This document shows, piece after piece, positions 36,013 to 46,943 of a stretch of 64,000 nt of DNA (the first letter of the stretch is position 1; the number at the start of each line of letters is the position of its first letter). The notes under the pieces are model-generated. The model was not told the origin of the DNA. It was given only the letters and a program-made list of their open reading frames with translations, and made no database searches. Origin of the DNA: a virus (lineage: Duplodnaviria; Heunggongvirae; Uroviricota; Caudoviricetes); the IMG/VR virus record IMGVR_UViG_3300001598_000045, positions 1 through 64,000 of that record; one strand, given 5' to 3'. Both the position numbers and the translations under genes were made by a program.

Positions 36013-37414
36013 ATGGATTCTTTAAGCCAGATGTATTTATATTCTGACCTTGTGCTGCAGCCATATTATTCATCATCTGTTGTGTATTTTGTTTAATCTT
36101 ATCATATTGAACATTAAAAGCATGAATCATATTATCTATTTCTTGCTCTGTATATTCTTTCTCTTCTTGTTCTAGACGAAGCTGATCATATACACCTTTT
36201 GGTATCTCTTTAAATCTACCATTACTTAAACGAATAACATAAGCTTTACTTCCTACTCTACCACGACGGGCTTTAGGAATTTGCATAATATATAAATGAT
36301 TTGGACAGTCAGGATTTACATTAGAGATAGTTAAGATAGCATCTACTACTTGTTGTTTTTTAGAACTTTCTCCTATATCTGCTAATCCAATTAATTTATC
36401 ATAAGCAAATACTTTAGGTTGAGATGCTATAATACATAATTTACCCGACATACTCAGCTTAGTAAATGTATTATAAACTTCTCCAAAGGTGTTATACATA
36501 GAATCTCCTTCCGTAACACCTTTTATAACTCCATCATAGTCTACAAAAACTACAGAATAATTTCCTGCCATAACTTTCTCAACTATATCATCTGCACTAA
36601 CCTGTCCAGCTGCATTGATTGAGACTTCCAAATTATTCCCAACCATCTTTTTTAAATTATCATAAATACCACTAATGTTTTTATAAGCATTAGCAAATGG
36701 AATACCAAATGCAATAGAACCCATACGCACAATAAAGTCTTTCATATTCATATCAGCCAAGGATACATATAATACTTTTTCTCCGTGACTAGCCATCCAA
36801 CATGCTAGATTCATTGCAAATAATGTTTTACCAACACCAGGAGGAGCTGACACTAGGAATAATTGTCCTCGCTCTATCCCATTATGTGGTGCAAAAGCTC
36901 TATTAATTAGATCTACATTAGTTGAAATAGCACCTTTACTTTCATCTGCTATAATAGTATTTATATCTACTCTATCAAATGGTGTTGCAGTAAATATTTC
37001 TATATCTGAACTATGATAATCTACATTTTTAAGATATTTTAGATAATCACTTGGACTTTCTTGATATAAACGGCCTGCTTTTTGTAAAACTGCTGCTGCA
37101 CATATATCACTTAAATATTTTGCTGCAGGTGCTATTTGTTCTTTTGAATATAATTTCCATCTTCTAATATCATCCATTATCTTAGCACTTTCTTCAGGAG
37201 ACTTATTACATCTCATTAAAATAGACTTAAATAATGGAGAACCAATTGCATCTAATTCATATGTTTTAATAGCACTTATCAATTCATTAACAAGTGGATT
37301 AGTCATTGTATTAGGATTGGTTTGATAATAATATTCGATGTTAGATATATTCTGTTTTGCTGTATTAAAAATATACTGATTAAAAAACGAATATAATAAC
37401 TCTAAATTTTCCAT
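36002..37414 (-). CDS. DnaB-family replicative DNA helicase
   Basis: Walker A VSAPPGVGKTLFAMNLA, Walker B VVFVDYDG, IIASQ, and an arginine-finger region ESSKKQQVVDAILTI. Confidence 0.8.
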   Translation of the reverse strand: MENLELLYSFFNQYIFNTAKQNISNIEYYYQTNPNTMTNPLVNELISAIKTYELDAIGSPLFKSILMRCNKSPEESAKIMDDIRRWKLYSKEQIAPAAKYLSDICAAAVLQKAGRLYQESPSDYLKYLKNVDYHSSDIEIFTATPFDRVDINTIIADESKGAISTNVDLINRAFAPHNGIERGQLFLVSAPPGVGKTLFAMNLACWMASHGEKVLYVSLADMNMKDFIVRMGSIAFGIPFANAYKNISGIYDNLKKMVGNNLEVSINAAGQVSADDIVEKVMAGNYSVVFVDYDGVIKGVTEGDSMYNTFGEVYNTFTKLSMSGKLCIIASQPKVFAYDKLIGLADIGESSKKQQVVDAILTISNVNPDCPNHLYIMQIPKARRGRVGSKAYVIRLSNGRFKEIPKGVYDQLRLEQEEKEYTEQEIDNMIHAFNVQYDKIKQNTQQMMNNMAAAQGQNINTSGLKNPFGI

Positions 37415-37426
37415 ATATTAATTTTT

Positions 37427-38926
37427 TTATAATGTATCTTCGTATATAATTGAATCTGTTATATTACAGTATTTATAATAATCATGTATCATTTCATCTC
37501 TTTCACGCTCTCCTCCAGAATATACAGGAATAGTTTTACCTGACATTGGAAGAAAACTAATTATATTCATATGAGCACCTCTAGCAGTTCGCCCAGCACA
37601 TTGAAGAGTTACACCTGCTACTTTACCAGCAACTAAGCATATATTCTCTAATCCAGGTAAATCTAATGCTCTAAATCCAGATGAAGTAGATGGAATAATA
37701 TCAACTTTTTTATCTTTAACATATTCACATGCTTCATTTAGATCTTTTAATTTTGTTTTATTTCCTTGAAGATCATAATATATATAACCTTCAAAACATA
37801 TTAATAAAATTCTGAACTTTCCAATAAAATACTTGTCAATCCATTCATAAATTATATTCGCTAAATTATTAACTGGTATATACATCATTGGAAATTTCTT
37901 TGCTGTTTTAACTAGTGCATTACATACATCAGGGTTTGTCCATATTTTTGTCATAACGTTCATATAGACATTTGTTCCTTCTGCAAAATCTGTCTTATCA
38001 AATTTTATAAAGTCTAAAGATCTAGTTAATACCTTTATACAATCAATATCAAGAGTAAGTGGCATTCTATAAACAAGATTAGGCCCAAAATATTTAACAA
38101 GATCTTTATTTCTCATTACCACTTCAGACAATCCATTTATAAAAGATATACATTCACCACCAGTTTTATCAGCAGTTCCACTAAATCCATAAAATCGTTC
38201 AGCACCTTTAAGATTATCGTATAGCAATTTTCCACCAGGGTTAATTGTATATTCAACCTCATCAACTAAAACGACTTGATAACTAGCCCATTGTTGTTGT
38301 AAAGCTTCAAATAATTTCTGATTCTTAACTTCAGATCTATTCATTAAACCTGCTGTTATAATTGAATTTATTCGAAGATCTTTACTTGGTATATCTAATC
38401 CAAATGCTTTTTTACATCTTTTCGTCAATTCTTCGTTAGGTTTCTTATTCGGAGTAACTAGCAACACACTCTTTCCCATATTATAAAAATAATTTGCTAA
38501 TGTTGCTATAACTTGTGTCTTGCCATACCCTGTGAAGACCCCATATAAACCAACTTTATATTTTAATAAGTGTAATACATCCTCATTTTGATAATCACGT
38601 AACTCAGGAAATGGTATATCCCTATATTCTGTAGCTACGATTGAATTTACTACATTATTAAAATCTTCTTGGCTTATAAAATTTTTGAATATATTAATAA
38701 GATATGCGCCCCATCCAAGCCCAAAAGTAAATGTATATATTCCATTATGAGCTACTATTTTTCGTTCATCATAGATTTTTTCTATAATTTTAACGTCCCC
38801 CATTTTATGTTCCCACGGTTTAAATTGTCGCTCTACTCTTGAACTTTCTAACATATATCTTACACTAGAATCATCTGTTTGTAATTTAATTTTCTTTAAA
38901 TCATTATCTACCCAAATAGTTATCAT
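37427..38926 (-). CDS. superfamily 2 helicase (DEAD/DEAH-like)
   Basis: Motif I GVFTGYGKTQV, motif II LVDEVEY, motif VI LQCAGRTARG. Confidence 0.65.
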   Translation of the reverse strand: MITIWVDNDLKKIKLQTDDSSVRYMLESSRVERQFKPWEHKMGDVKIIEKIYDERKIVAHNGIYTFTFGLGWGAYLINIFKNFISQEDFNNVVNSIVATEYRDIPFPELRDYQNEDVLHLLKYKVGLYGVFTGYGKTQVIATLANYFYNMGKSVLLVTPNKKPNEELTKRCKKAFGLDIPSKDLRINSIITAGLMNRSEVKNQKLFEALQQQWASYQVVLVDEVEYTINPGGKLLYDNLKGAERFYGFSGTADKTGGECISFINGLSEVVMRNKDLVKYFGPNLVYRMPLTLDIDCIKVLTRSLDFIKFDKTDFAEGTNVYMNVMTKIWTNPDVCNALVKTAKKFPMMYIPVNNLANIIYEWIDKYFIGKFRILLICFEGYIYYDLQGNKTKLKDLNEACEYVKDKKVDIIPSTSSGFRALDLPGLENICLVAGKVAGVTLQCAGRTARGAHMNIISFLPMSGKTIPVYSGGERERDEMIHDYYKYCNITDSIIYEDTL

Positions 38927-39927
38927 ATTACAAACTGTTTATATTTAACTTGGACGGGTGATTCTTTCTTCATTGGTTTTATACATTGAAGTTTTTTCCC
39001 TTCCTTTATTAATTCCTTCATTTTTTCTTCAGGATCTTGCCCATCTGATTTTATTATTCGGATAGGACAATAATCTATAACTGACTTAACCTTTGTTGCT
39101 ATTCGCTGAGATATTGCAGTTTCATCCATATATATTGAAATCTCTGTTGGAATATACTCACGAATAAAATTTAATTGATAGTCAGATACACTAGAACCCA
39201 TTAATGCTATTGGTATAAAATCTGGTGCCATAATTAATAAAGCTATAGCATCAAAAATACCTTCACATAATATTATTCTAGGTTTATCTACAGCATGGTC
39301 TATTATATATGGAGGTTTTGCAGATATTGGTGGAAAGAAATAACGAATCTTACTATTTCCACTAAATCTAATTTGATAATATATAACATCCCCATGATAC
39401 TTAAATGGCATCACTATATTACCATCTACAAATTTAAAACCCAAAATTTTATATAAATCTTTCATAAATCCATGTCTGCCTAAAAGATATTTATAACCTT
39501 TTGCATCAAAATCATCGAACTCATAATTAAATTTATCTAAAGTCCATTCATCTGGGTTTTCACTAGATTCAGCTAATTTTACAACATTAAATTCTGGCTG
39601 TCCTAAAAACTTTGAGAAATCTGGTGTTTTAAAAAATACTGAAACTTCATCTGTAACATTTATATAATCACGACCACATACAAAACAGTGACCTACAGTT
39701 AAATCAGTCTTTATATATAATTTATGTTTTGTATGTCCTTCTTTTTTACAAAATGGACAGTGACATATATATTCATCTCCATTTGCAAAAGGCTCTACTT
39801 CTTTTATTGTTTTTACACTAAATGCCTCTTGAAGTAGCTCCTCAAAATTACAAAATACTAGACGTTTTCCACTTTTTGTTTTAACCTCTTTGTAATCCAT
39901 AATTTTATAAATTAAAAGGAATCCCAA
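38923..39927 (-). CDS. DNA primase (zinc-binding domain + Toprim)
   Basis: Zinc ribbon CHCPFCKKEGHTKHKLYIK...CFVCGRDY, then Toprim-like ILCEGIFDAIAL with acidic residues. Confidence 0.7.
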   Translation of the reverse strand: MGFLLIYKIMDYKEVKTKSGKRLVFCNFEELLQEAFSVKTIKEVEPFANGDEYICHCPFCKKEGHTKHKLYIKTDLTVGHCFVCGRDYINVTDEVSVFFKTPDFSKFLGQPEFNVVKLAESSENPDEWTLDKFNYEFDDFDAKGYKYLLGRHGFMKDLYKILGFKFVDGNIVMPFKYHGDVIYYQIRFSGNSKIRYFFPPISAKPPYIIDHAVDKPRIILCEGIFDAIALLIMAPDFIPIALMGSSVSDYQLNFIREYIPTEISIYMDETAISQRIATKVKSVIDYCPIRIIKSDGQDPEEKMKELIKEGKKLQCIKPMKKESPVQVKYKQFVI

Positions 39928-39975
39928 ACATACAGTTTAATTGTACGTAAGAGATTCCTTGATTAATAAAGTAAA

Positions 39976-40542
39976 TTATTTACTTTTCTTTACAAATCTA
40001 GTTACTTTTTGTAACTTTTCTACACTAGGATTGGACTCACAGATACAACATTCATCTTCACAATCACATTCCTCATCAGAAGGAGACATTAAATCTCTTA
40101 ATGAATCTGTTGTATCAACTTTATCATTGACATGTTTGCCTGATATTTTCTGCTCTACATTTTCAACTTGTCTATCACAGCTTTCCATAATTGCACCACA
40201 GCAACAAGCATCATCACATATACCAGCGGATTTTTGACAACAATCCATTGCTGGCATTGATTCAGTAACTTCCTCTACTTTTGGAGAAAATCTTTCAATT
40301 GCTTCTTCCAAAGTTTGAACTACATAATTCGTAACCGTTGGAATAGATGAACATAGATTTAATTCAAAAGGACCTGATACAATAATTGCCATTTCATCAG
40401 TTGAATAAGCACTAACTAATGTTGATAGCATAGATGAATTTGCTCCCAGATCTCCAGAAACTGAGTGAGCACCAATACTAATTCTTTGATTACCTACATA
40501 AGGTAGGTCTACTAAATAATCTGTTCCGTTATAAATTCTCAT
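39976..40542 (-). CDS. hypothetical cysteine-rich acidic protein
   Basis: 188 aa; C-terminal half has CC, CCC, CDC and CCIC clusters among acidic residues; atypically GC-rich for this genome. Confidence 0.4.
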   Translation of the reverse strand: MRIYNGTDYLVDLPYVGNQRISIGAHSVSGDLGANSSMLSTLVSAYSTDEMAIIVSGPFELNLCSSIPTVTNYVVQTLEEAIERFSPKVEEVTESMPAMDCCQKSAGICDDACCCGAIMESCDRQVENVEQKISGKHVNDKVDTTDSLRDLMSPSDEECDCEDECCICESNPSVEKLQKVTRFVKKSK

Positions 40543-40628
40543 AACTTATTAAAATTTTTAATTTTTATTTTTCCTAAGATAATTTTATTTCAAATTACCC
40601 CAGGAATCTCATTACAATATTAAGATTC

Positions 40629-41822
40629 TTAGGGTATAAGACTTGCGTTTTGTAATTTTCGAAATAGAATTTTACCATTATAACAACATAATATATAATG
40701 ATTAGCTTCTTGTACTACTTTATTAGGACCAAAAATCCTCTTATAAACTCTATCTTTAACTGCAGATATTACTAAAATATTATTATCTATTTTTGCTAAT
40801 TTAGTATACCAGCTAAAGTTTGTATGATATTGTATAGATAACATTCCTAGATACTTAAGTTTAATTGATGCTAAAATATCCTCATCTGATTTACTATCCT
40901 TAGGTAATACATAACTAAGTAAAAAACTTTCACTTAAACCTATAATTTCATCTTTATCTTCTTCTTTCATAGGTTCAAATTTTAATTTTTTATTTTCTAA
41001 AGATAAATATAGTTCCTCAGGATTAAATATATCACTTGGTGTATAATAAGGTAATACTATTTTATCTTTTTCTACGACTAATGACATATTAATAACTCTT
41101 TTTAATGGTTTTACTAATTTATCCACTGACTTCCTTAGTTCATATATTTTGTTATCTGTTACTTCTTTCCCAACTAATTGTCCTAAATATACACGATCTT
41201 CATTTGCTCTTATTAAATCGCGGCCAGATAAAAATACTATATCACAATATACTGATGCAAAATTTAATAGATATGGTACAGTAAAACTTTCTATAACTAA
41301 ATTTGAAGATATATTACCACCAAATGAATTAAAACCAAAGATATATACATTATTCTTATTACACCATTGAATAATATCAAAATTAAAATTTAATGGACAT
41401 AAATTTAATGATATACCCGCAAATTCATTCTTAAACATCTTAATAAATTTAGAAATAGTATCAATTTTATCTGGATTGCTTAAACCTACAGACTTTACAA
41501 TACCTTTCTCTATTACTGCCTTAATATTATCTTTATATGTATTTATATCACATTTAGAATCAATTAGCAATATATCAATAGGTTTTCCTCCAATAAAATA
41601 GATATGACTAGCTAAAGTTTCTTCTAGTTTATCAAGAAAATCTATTGTAGTTACTAATTTGGTATCTTTAAAATCATCCATCTCTAATAATTCTCTAAAT
41701 AAGTAATCATTATTGGAAGAAATATTAGTATGAATGTAATTAAATTGTTTTACCATTTCTATATCAGGTTTATAACTATTATTTGTAGTATCTAAACCTA
41801 TATTTTTCATTTTATAAATCAT
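40629..41822 (-). CDS. hypothetical protein
   Basis: 397-aa ORF. Confidence 0.5.
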   Translation of the reverse strand: MIYKMKNIGLDTTNNSYKPDIEMVKQFNYIHTNISSNNDYLFRELLEMDDFKDTKLVTTIDFLDKLEETLASHIYFIGGKPIDILLIDSKCDINTYKDNIKAVIEKGIVKSVGLSNPDKIDTISKFIKMFKNEFAGISLNLCPLNFNFDIIQWCNKNNVYIFGFNSFGGNISSNLVIESFTVPYLLNFASVYCDIVFLSGRDLIRANEDRVYLGQLVGKEVTDNKIYELRKSVDKLVKPLKRVINMSLVVEKDKIVLPYYTPSDIFNPEELYLSLENKKLKFEPMKEEDKDEIIGLSESFLLSYVLPKDSKSDEDILASIKLKYLGMLSIQYHTNFSWYTKLAKIDNNILVISAVKDRVYKRIFGPNKVVQEANHYILCCYNGKILFRKLQNASLIP

Positions 41823-42790
41823 AATATTGAAATATTTATACTATTATCCATTTTATAATCACTTAGAGGAGTCCATATCAAATTCACACTAATATCAGAT
41901 TTTTTTGGATCTAATATTACAGAATTTTTTAGAAAAATAGTATCTCTTAATACACCTATAGATTTTGATAGTTCTTGTACAATATCAAAAATTAATCTTA
42001 AAAAATTCTTATTTCTCATCATAGCTAGTTTTATAATTACAAAGTCTTGGTGAGATAAACTACGAATAGCAATTTCTTCTCCATTTTTTGTAATCTTAAA
42101 AATAGCTTTTACATTATCATCTTCAGTGTTATAAAATCTAATACACTTATCCCCTATTTTCATTCTCTTACTTTTCCTGTCACCATTTTTATTTAGTATA
42201 GAATAACGAGTATGATGTCGAGGATCAAATAAAGTTGGTTCTGGCATGCTAACTTCATAATCACCTACCTTAACCACATCTTTATCTAATTCAATTTGAC
42301 CATACTTATCTGTCAAATTTACTATCTTAATTCCTTGTAAATTATCTAAAGAAATAATTTTAGGATAACCAGGAACCCAATCAAGAAACCAAATATCATT
42401 ACGATTTGGTGGATCTAATGAATTTACAACTTTCTTGAATACTGGATATGTATGTGGAAATGTTGTTCTAAAATATATATCATCAACTATAAATAATTGA
42501 AAATATCTATCACCAAGAATTTTAGAATAAAAATCTCTAATTCCACGTAAAAGTCCTTCAGTTACAAGTTCTCTATCTGATTTTCTTTTATTAGAACAAT
42601 CCCAACAAGGCTGATAATAAAAATCTGGCTCACAATAAGTTAATGGTTCTAATCTTTTCTTACACTTATAACAGAAACTATCATCATCATAGTAAGACAA
42701 TAATTTAGTCTCACAATACTCAGGATAGTTCATAAAGTGATTTTCCTTAATATCTTTTGCTAATACTAAAGAATCTTCTATTAATCTCAT
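41819..42790 (-). CDS. hypothetical protein with Cys4 cluster
   Basis: CYKCKK...CWDCSNK. Confidence 0.5.
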   Translation of the reverse strand: MRLIEDSLVLAKDIKENHFMNYPEYCETKLLSYYDDDSFCYKCKKRLEPLTYCEPDFYYQPCWDCSNKRKSDRELVTEGLLRGIRDFYSKILGDRYFQLFIVDDIYFRTTFPHTYPVFKKVVNSLDPPNRNDIWFLDWVPGYPKIISLDNLQGIKIVNLTDKYGQIELDKDVVKVGDYEVSMPEPTLFDPRHHTRYSILNKNGDRKSKRMKIGDKCIRFYNTEDDNVKAIFKITKNGEEIAIRSLSHQDFVIIKLAMMRNKNFLRLIFDIVQELSKSIGVLRDTIFLKNSVILDPKKSDISVNLIWTPLSDYKMDNSINISIL

Positions 42791-42917
42791 AGTTAATCTA
42801 ATTCTTCTATTGCTAGTTCACCTTCTACTTCTCTAGCACATTTTTCAGCCGATTTTCTAGTTTTATAATCACTAATACATCGACCATCTTTATAAACGTA
42901 ATAATGATATTTCTTCA

Positions 42918-43244
42918 TTATGAAATAGTTAATTGATTTAGAATATCATTCCAAGGAATTTGTTTCCCAGTAAATGGGTCAAAATAGAATAATACTACAC
43001 TACCGTGAGGAAAATAGGTATTTGTTTTCTTATTAGCTATATCTTCTTTTAAATTATCAAATACAGCTTTTTTAAATTTAATATCCTTAAATTCTACAGC
43101 TGATTCATACTCTTCTTCTCCAGGCCATGACCAACGTCCACCTTCTGACATAATTAATAAAAATTCCTTGAGTTTAAAATAATGTGCACCACCATCACCG
43201 CACACACATACAGCATAATCTTTATAATCTTCTAAATTTACCAT
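42918..43244 (-). CDS. hypothetical protein
   Basis: 108-aa ORF. Confidence 0.45.
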   Translation of the reverse strand: MVNLEDYKDYAVCVCGDGGAHYFKLKEFLLIMSEGGRWSWPGEEEYESAVEFKDIKFKKAVFDNLKEDIANKKTNTYFPHGSVVLFYFDPFTGKQIPWNDILNQLTIS

Positions 43245-43255
43245 AACTATTAATT

Positions 43256-44218
43256 TTAAAATAATTTATCATATCCTTTTTCTCTCATCTGACTTTCTAA
43301 TTCTCTCGACAATCTACGTATATCGTGTTGAGCACTATTAGCAGATCTCAAGAAAAAGAATCCAATTTTCTCTGGACTATTTTGAGGTGGAGTTTTAAAC
43401 CAATCCTCTAAATAACCACACATACATAATTCTGTTTTAGTATCATTGCATAAAACACCTCGAGCATCTTCTGGATTTAATTTATTATTCTCTAAATTAA
43501 CCTCAAATAAATACTCATCTTCGCATGCTTTCCAGAAATTATAACGACTCTTAACCAATTTACTCATACCACAAAGTTCATCTATTAACTCATTTTCATC
43601 ATAATTTAATATATAATCTCTAGGCTCAAAAGTAACTGGATCTATAGTTGCTCCATATTGTTTCCGTAAATCATAAATCCATTCAGGTATTATATAAGTA
43701 ATCTCTGAACCAAATTTATCTTTTCCATAATTCACATATCTCTGCGATTCCTGGATATAAGAATAAACTCGATTTCTTACAATTTGATGACTTGTAGTAC
43801 GTGAACAAATCCAATGAGAAGTAACCCGATGATAATGATTTTCACATGAATCAAACCAATATCGTAAGTCTTCTTCTCTATTATTTTCTAAAAGAACACG
43901 ATAATTTGATGTAATATACCAATAATACTTTTTATCTTCTGGATCTTCTGCAATTCTTACTTTACTAAATTCATTCTTACTATAAAAATCATGAACTTCT
44001 GCATCTTCTTCTGGTAATCTTAAATAAACAGTACCAAATTCAAAACAAGCCCAATGCCCACGATCATGTAACATATTTATAAATTTAATATAAGAATCAT
44101 CAGTAATATGATCTTCAGATTTGTATGAAATTCTTGAACATCTCTCTATATGTTTCTTCATTCCTATTATCCCAGGCTCTTGACCTAGGATATCTACACT
44201 TGATCTTAAAAACTTCAT
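43256..44218 (-). CDS. thyX: flavin-dependent thymidylate synthase ThyX-like (variant RNR in place of RHR)
   Basis: HDRGHWACFEFGTVYLRL and VRNRVYSYIQESQRYVNY align to the ThyX blocks HGHxSxxEH and RHRxxSxxQxSxRY. Confidence 0.6.
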   Translation of the reverse strand: MKFLRSSVDILGQEPGIIGMKKHIERCSRISYKSEDHITDDSYIKFINMLHDRGHWACFEFGTVYLRLPEEDAEVHDFYSKNEFSKVRIAEDPEDKKYYWYITSNYRVLLENNREEDLRYWFDSCENHYHRVTSHWICSRTTSHQIVRNRVYSYIQESQRYVNYGKDKFGSEITYIIPEWIYDLRKQYGATIDPVTFEPRDYILNYDENELIDELCGMSKLVKSRYNFWKACEDEYLFEVNLENNKLNPEDARGVLCNDTKTELCMCGYLEDWFKTPPQNSPEKIGFFFLRSANSAQHDIRRLSRELESQMREKGYDKLF

Positions 44219-44306
44219 ATGTTATTTTATTTTGTTACATATATAAAGAGAGTGAGGTTACTAGGGAGAGTTTTATTAATTTGAAGAAAAAATAAAGAGG
44301 AAGATT

Positions 44307-44534
44307 TTACTCTTCCTTATCTCCCTCTTCATCAAAATGGAAGAACTTATGCATTGCTTCCATCTGACCCTTCCTCCATGCATCAAATAATAGATCATGA
44401 AGTTTTCTGTTTTTGTTCAGAAATTCTTTTTCCTCTTGTGTTTGCGGAGGAAATCCGATCTTACAGAATTTAGATCGCTTGTTTTGCAGCTGTTTATACT
44501 CCGATGCTAGAGTTGGATGTCCTAAAATTTCCAT
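44307..44534 (-). CDS. hypothetical small protein
   Basis: 75 aa; promoter motif about 22 nt upstream. Confidence 0.4.
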   Translation of the reverse strand: MEILGHPTLASEYKQLQNKRSKFCKIGFPPQTQEEKEFLNKNRKLHDLLFDAWRKGQMEAMHKFFHFDEEGDKEE

Positions 44535-44552
44535 AATTTTGTTTTTTAAATT

Positions 44553-44615
44553 TCCATATATAAGGCTTTAAAACATTATTAGGCGGTAAAAAATAAAAGG
44601 GTATATTTCAACCCT
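44553..44615 (-). promoter_or_regulatory. terminator hairpin followed by promoter motif (near-identical copy of the element at 33318-33380)
   Basis: Minus-sense AAAGGGTTGAAATATACCCTTTTATTTTTTACCGCCTAATAATGTTTTAAAGCCTTATATATGG. Confidence 0.6.
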
Positions 44616-44954
44616 TTAATTCACTTGGTTAATAGAATTATAAATATCATAGATGTAACTGATAGATATTTTCCCTAAATCTTTATATCTTTCTAGTTTT
44701 TCAGACTCTACCCACAAGTTAAAATCCTGTTTTGTAAATATCTCGGTTCTATTTAGAATATTTAATACCCTTGCTTTTATATGACTAGGTATTTCATTCG
44801 TTTTTGCATAATCTTCAATAAGAACTTTAATACTTTTATTACCATCCAGGATCATCTCTTCATTACTTTCTTGAAGACTGGATAAAATCTCACCAATAGT
44901 TCTATCTTTATCATAGATACTTAATGCTTCTATTAAAAATTCTTTCTTTGTCAT
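44616..44954 (-). CDS. hypothetical protein
   Basis: 112-aa ORF. Confidence 0.45.
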   Translation of the reverse strand: MTKKEFLIEALSIYDKDRTIGEILSSLQESNEEMILDGNKSIKVLIEDYAKTNEIPSHIKARVLNILNRTEIFTKQDFNLWVESEKLERYKDLGKISISYIYDIYNSINQVN

Positions 44955-45040
44955 AACTTTATAATTTTATCATTAAAAATAAAATAATGAATAATTCCTT
45001 CTCTCTTAAGGTAATTATATTCATTACATATATAAGGGTT

Positions 45041-45469
45041 TTAAACATTATTAGACGGTAATTTCTTAAAAGCATGAACTCGTAGGTCAATGTCATGGCC
45101 ATCCTTTCTGTAGTAGTCTAGATTACCATCGCTAGTATTTAAGTACCAAGCAAAATATCCAGAAAACTTAGATGAGCTCCATAAGTAAAAACCAAAAGTA
45201 TCCGTAGAAAAGTTTGAGTCTTCTGAGTTTCTAAGAAAAGCTATATTTTTACCAAACTCTTCAAACTCTTTCTTACTCGGTATCTTCCATCCTTCTGGTA
45301 ATTTTAGATTTATTGCATCATCCCAAGAAATATTTATACCTAGTTCATCTTTTAGCATTACCCATTCAGGTTTTCTGCTTGGATAAACACTAACTATGAA
45401 ACACTCTTTTCCATCCACTACTAATTCTTTCCCTAATTGTTCTCTTATTAATTTCTGTAACTTTTTCAT
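45041..45469 (-). CDS. hypothetical protein
   Basis: 142-aa ORF; promoter motif at 45023-45060. Confidence 0.45.
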   Translation of the reverse strand: MKKLQKLIREQLGKELVVDGKECFIVSVYPSRKPEWVMLKDELGINISWDDAINLKLPEGWKIPSKKEFEEFGKNIAFLRNSEDSNFSTDTFGFYLWSSSKFSGYFAWYLNTSDGNLDYYRKDGHDIDLRVHAFKKLPSNNV

Positions 45470-45599
45470 TTCAATAATAAGGAATATAGGATTAAATATT
45501 AGAAGTAAGTTTTAAGAATTGGATTTTATGTTGAGAAAAAGAAAAATAAAGGGATATAGTCTAAAGTTCTAATTCTCTAGACTACTCCCTTATTATTTT

Positions 45600-46256
45600 T
45601 TAATCTTTCAACATAGATCTTAATTCTTTATCTGACTTCTTTAATTCCTCTATCCTAAAAAATCTATCAATACTCTTAAATGATGTTAGATAGTATTGTT
45701 TTCTATCTTCTACATCATTATCAGTACCATAAGATAATACTAGGTCCTCAAAACTAATATAAGAGTCATTTAAAACTAACTTCAATGTCTCAGAATCTAT
45801 ATACTTTCTAGCTGTTCCTGGTTGTAATTCAGCTAATGTTATATGAGGATTATATTCACTAAAATCTGAAGATACTCCATACTTAATACGCAAACCTTTA
45901 TTTATTATATTTACCATATCAAATATTTCACTATCTTTCTTCAACTTTAATACTATATAATCACTGTCATTCTCAAACATACCAAGATCAAACATAGTAA
46001 ATACACCACACTCATGATCACCTTTACATAAGTTAATAAAATCTTCAAAATCAGAACCTAAGATACTTTTTACATCTCCTAATAATTCTTTTCTTGGTAA
46101 TTCTTTCCCCTGTGCATATAATAAGGTAATGTGTGAATCAAACTCTAAACCAGTATCTTTCAAATCATCATAATCAAATATAGATCCGAAATCAACTGGT
46201 GCATCTAAATTCATTGCCCACATAAGACAACTATTCATTACATCTTTAGTATCCAT
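45600..46256 (-). CDS. 2H phosphoesterase (LigT / 2',3'-cyclic phosphodiesterase family)
   Basis: Two HxT/S tetrapeptides, FDSHITLLYA and YNPHITLAEL, at the spacing typical of the 2H superfamily. Confidence 0.75.
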   Translation of the reverse strand: MDTKDVMNSCLMWAMNLDAPVDFGSIFDYDDLKDTGLEFDSHITLLYAQGKELPRKELLGDVKSILGSDFEDFINLCKGDHECGVFTMFDLGMFENDSDYIVLKLKKDSEIFDMVNIINKGLRIKYGVSSDFSEYNPHITLAELQPGTARKYIDSETLKLVLNDSYISFEDLVLSYGTDNDVEDRKQYYLTSFKSIDRFFRIEELKKSDKELRSMLKD

Positions 46257-46262
46257 ATTTTA

Positions 46263-46943
46263 TTATTTTTGATTCTTAAGTCTAAATTTAGCTTTCATTT
46301 TATTAAGATTAGCTTTTAAATCAGAACCTCCTTGATTAAATCCTTTACTATCAACTACGGTAAGCCCAAGTCCTAGTAAGTTATTTAAGAAAGTTTGGTT
46401 ATCCTCTCTAGCTGAATCTTGTCTGGCAGCGTTAATATATTGTTTCGCATTCCTGCTCAATAAAACGCTCAATTCCATTTCACCGATCTTTTGCCCAGTT
46501 ACACGATATCTACCGCGTCCCAATATTGGCTCATCTCGTTTTGCACTAATATCTCTAGAGTACATTGAGGTAGTTACTTTGTTAGAATATGATGGAATGT
46601 GATATAATTCTTCTAATGTCATATAACCACACTGTAATTCTTTCTCTACAGGTATAAACTTTCCCTGCATATCCTTAACTACTTTCTCATATTCTTCTTC
46701 TGGTAAATTATCCTTCAACTCTTTAAGATCTGTTACTGTAGACTTTGGAACTAGAATTTTATTTTGTGATTTAAGTCCTAGCTCATCCATCATCTTATCT
46801 ACTTTCTCTGGCGTATAGTCTGAAAAACAACCTACATTGAAATAATATACTTCTTCTATAGGTTTTGAATTGTGAAGCTTTATAAATTCTTCTACATCCA
46901 TTTTATCATAACGACCAGGATAGTACTTGTTTATTAAAGGCAT
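46263..46943 (-). CDS. rpoB: RNA polymerase beta subunit, C-terminal coding segment
   Basis: GRGRYRVTGQKIGEMELSVLLSRNAKQYI aligns to the bacterial beta block [22 protein letters not shown]. Confidence 0.8.
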   Translation of the reverse strand: MPLINKYYPGRYDKMDVEEFIKLHNSKPIEEVYYFNVGCFSDYTPEKVDKMMDELGLKSQNKILVPKSTVTDLKELKDNLPEEEYEKVVKDMQGKFIPVEKELQCGYMTLEELYHIPSYSNKVTTSMYSRDISAKRDEPILGRGRYRVTGQKIGEMELSVLLSRNAKQYINAARQDSAREDNQTFLNNLLGLGLTVVDSKGFNQGGSDLKANLNKMKAKFRLKNQK

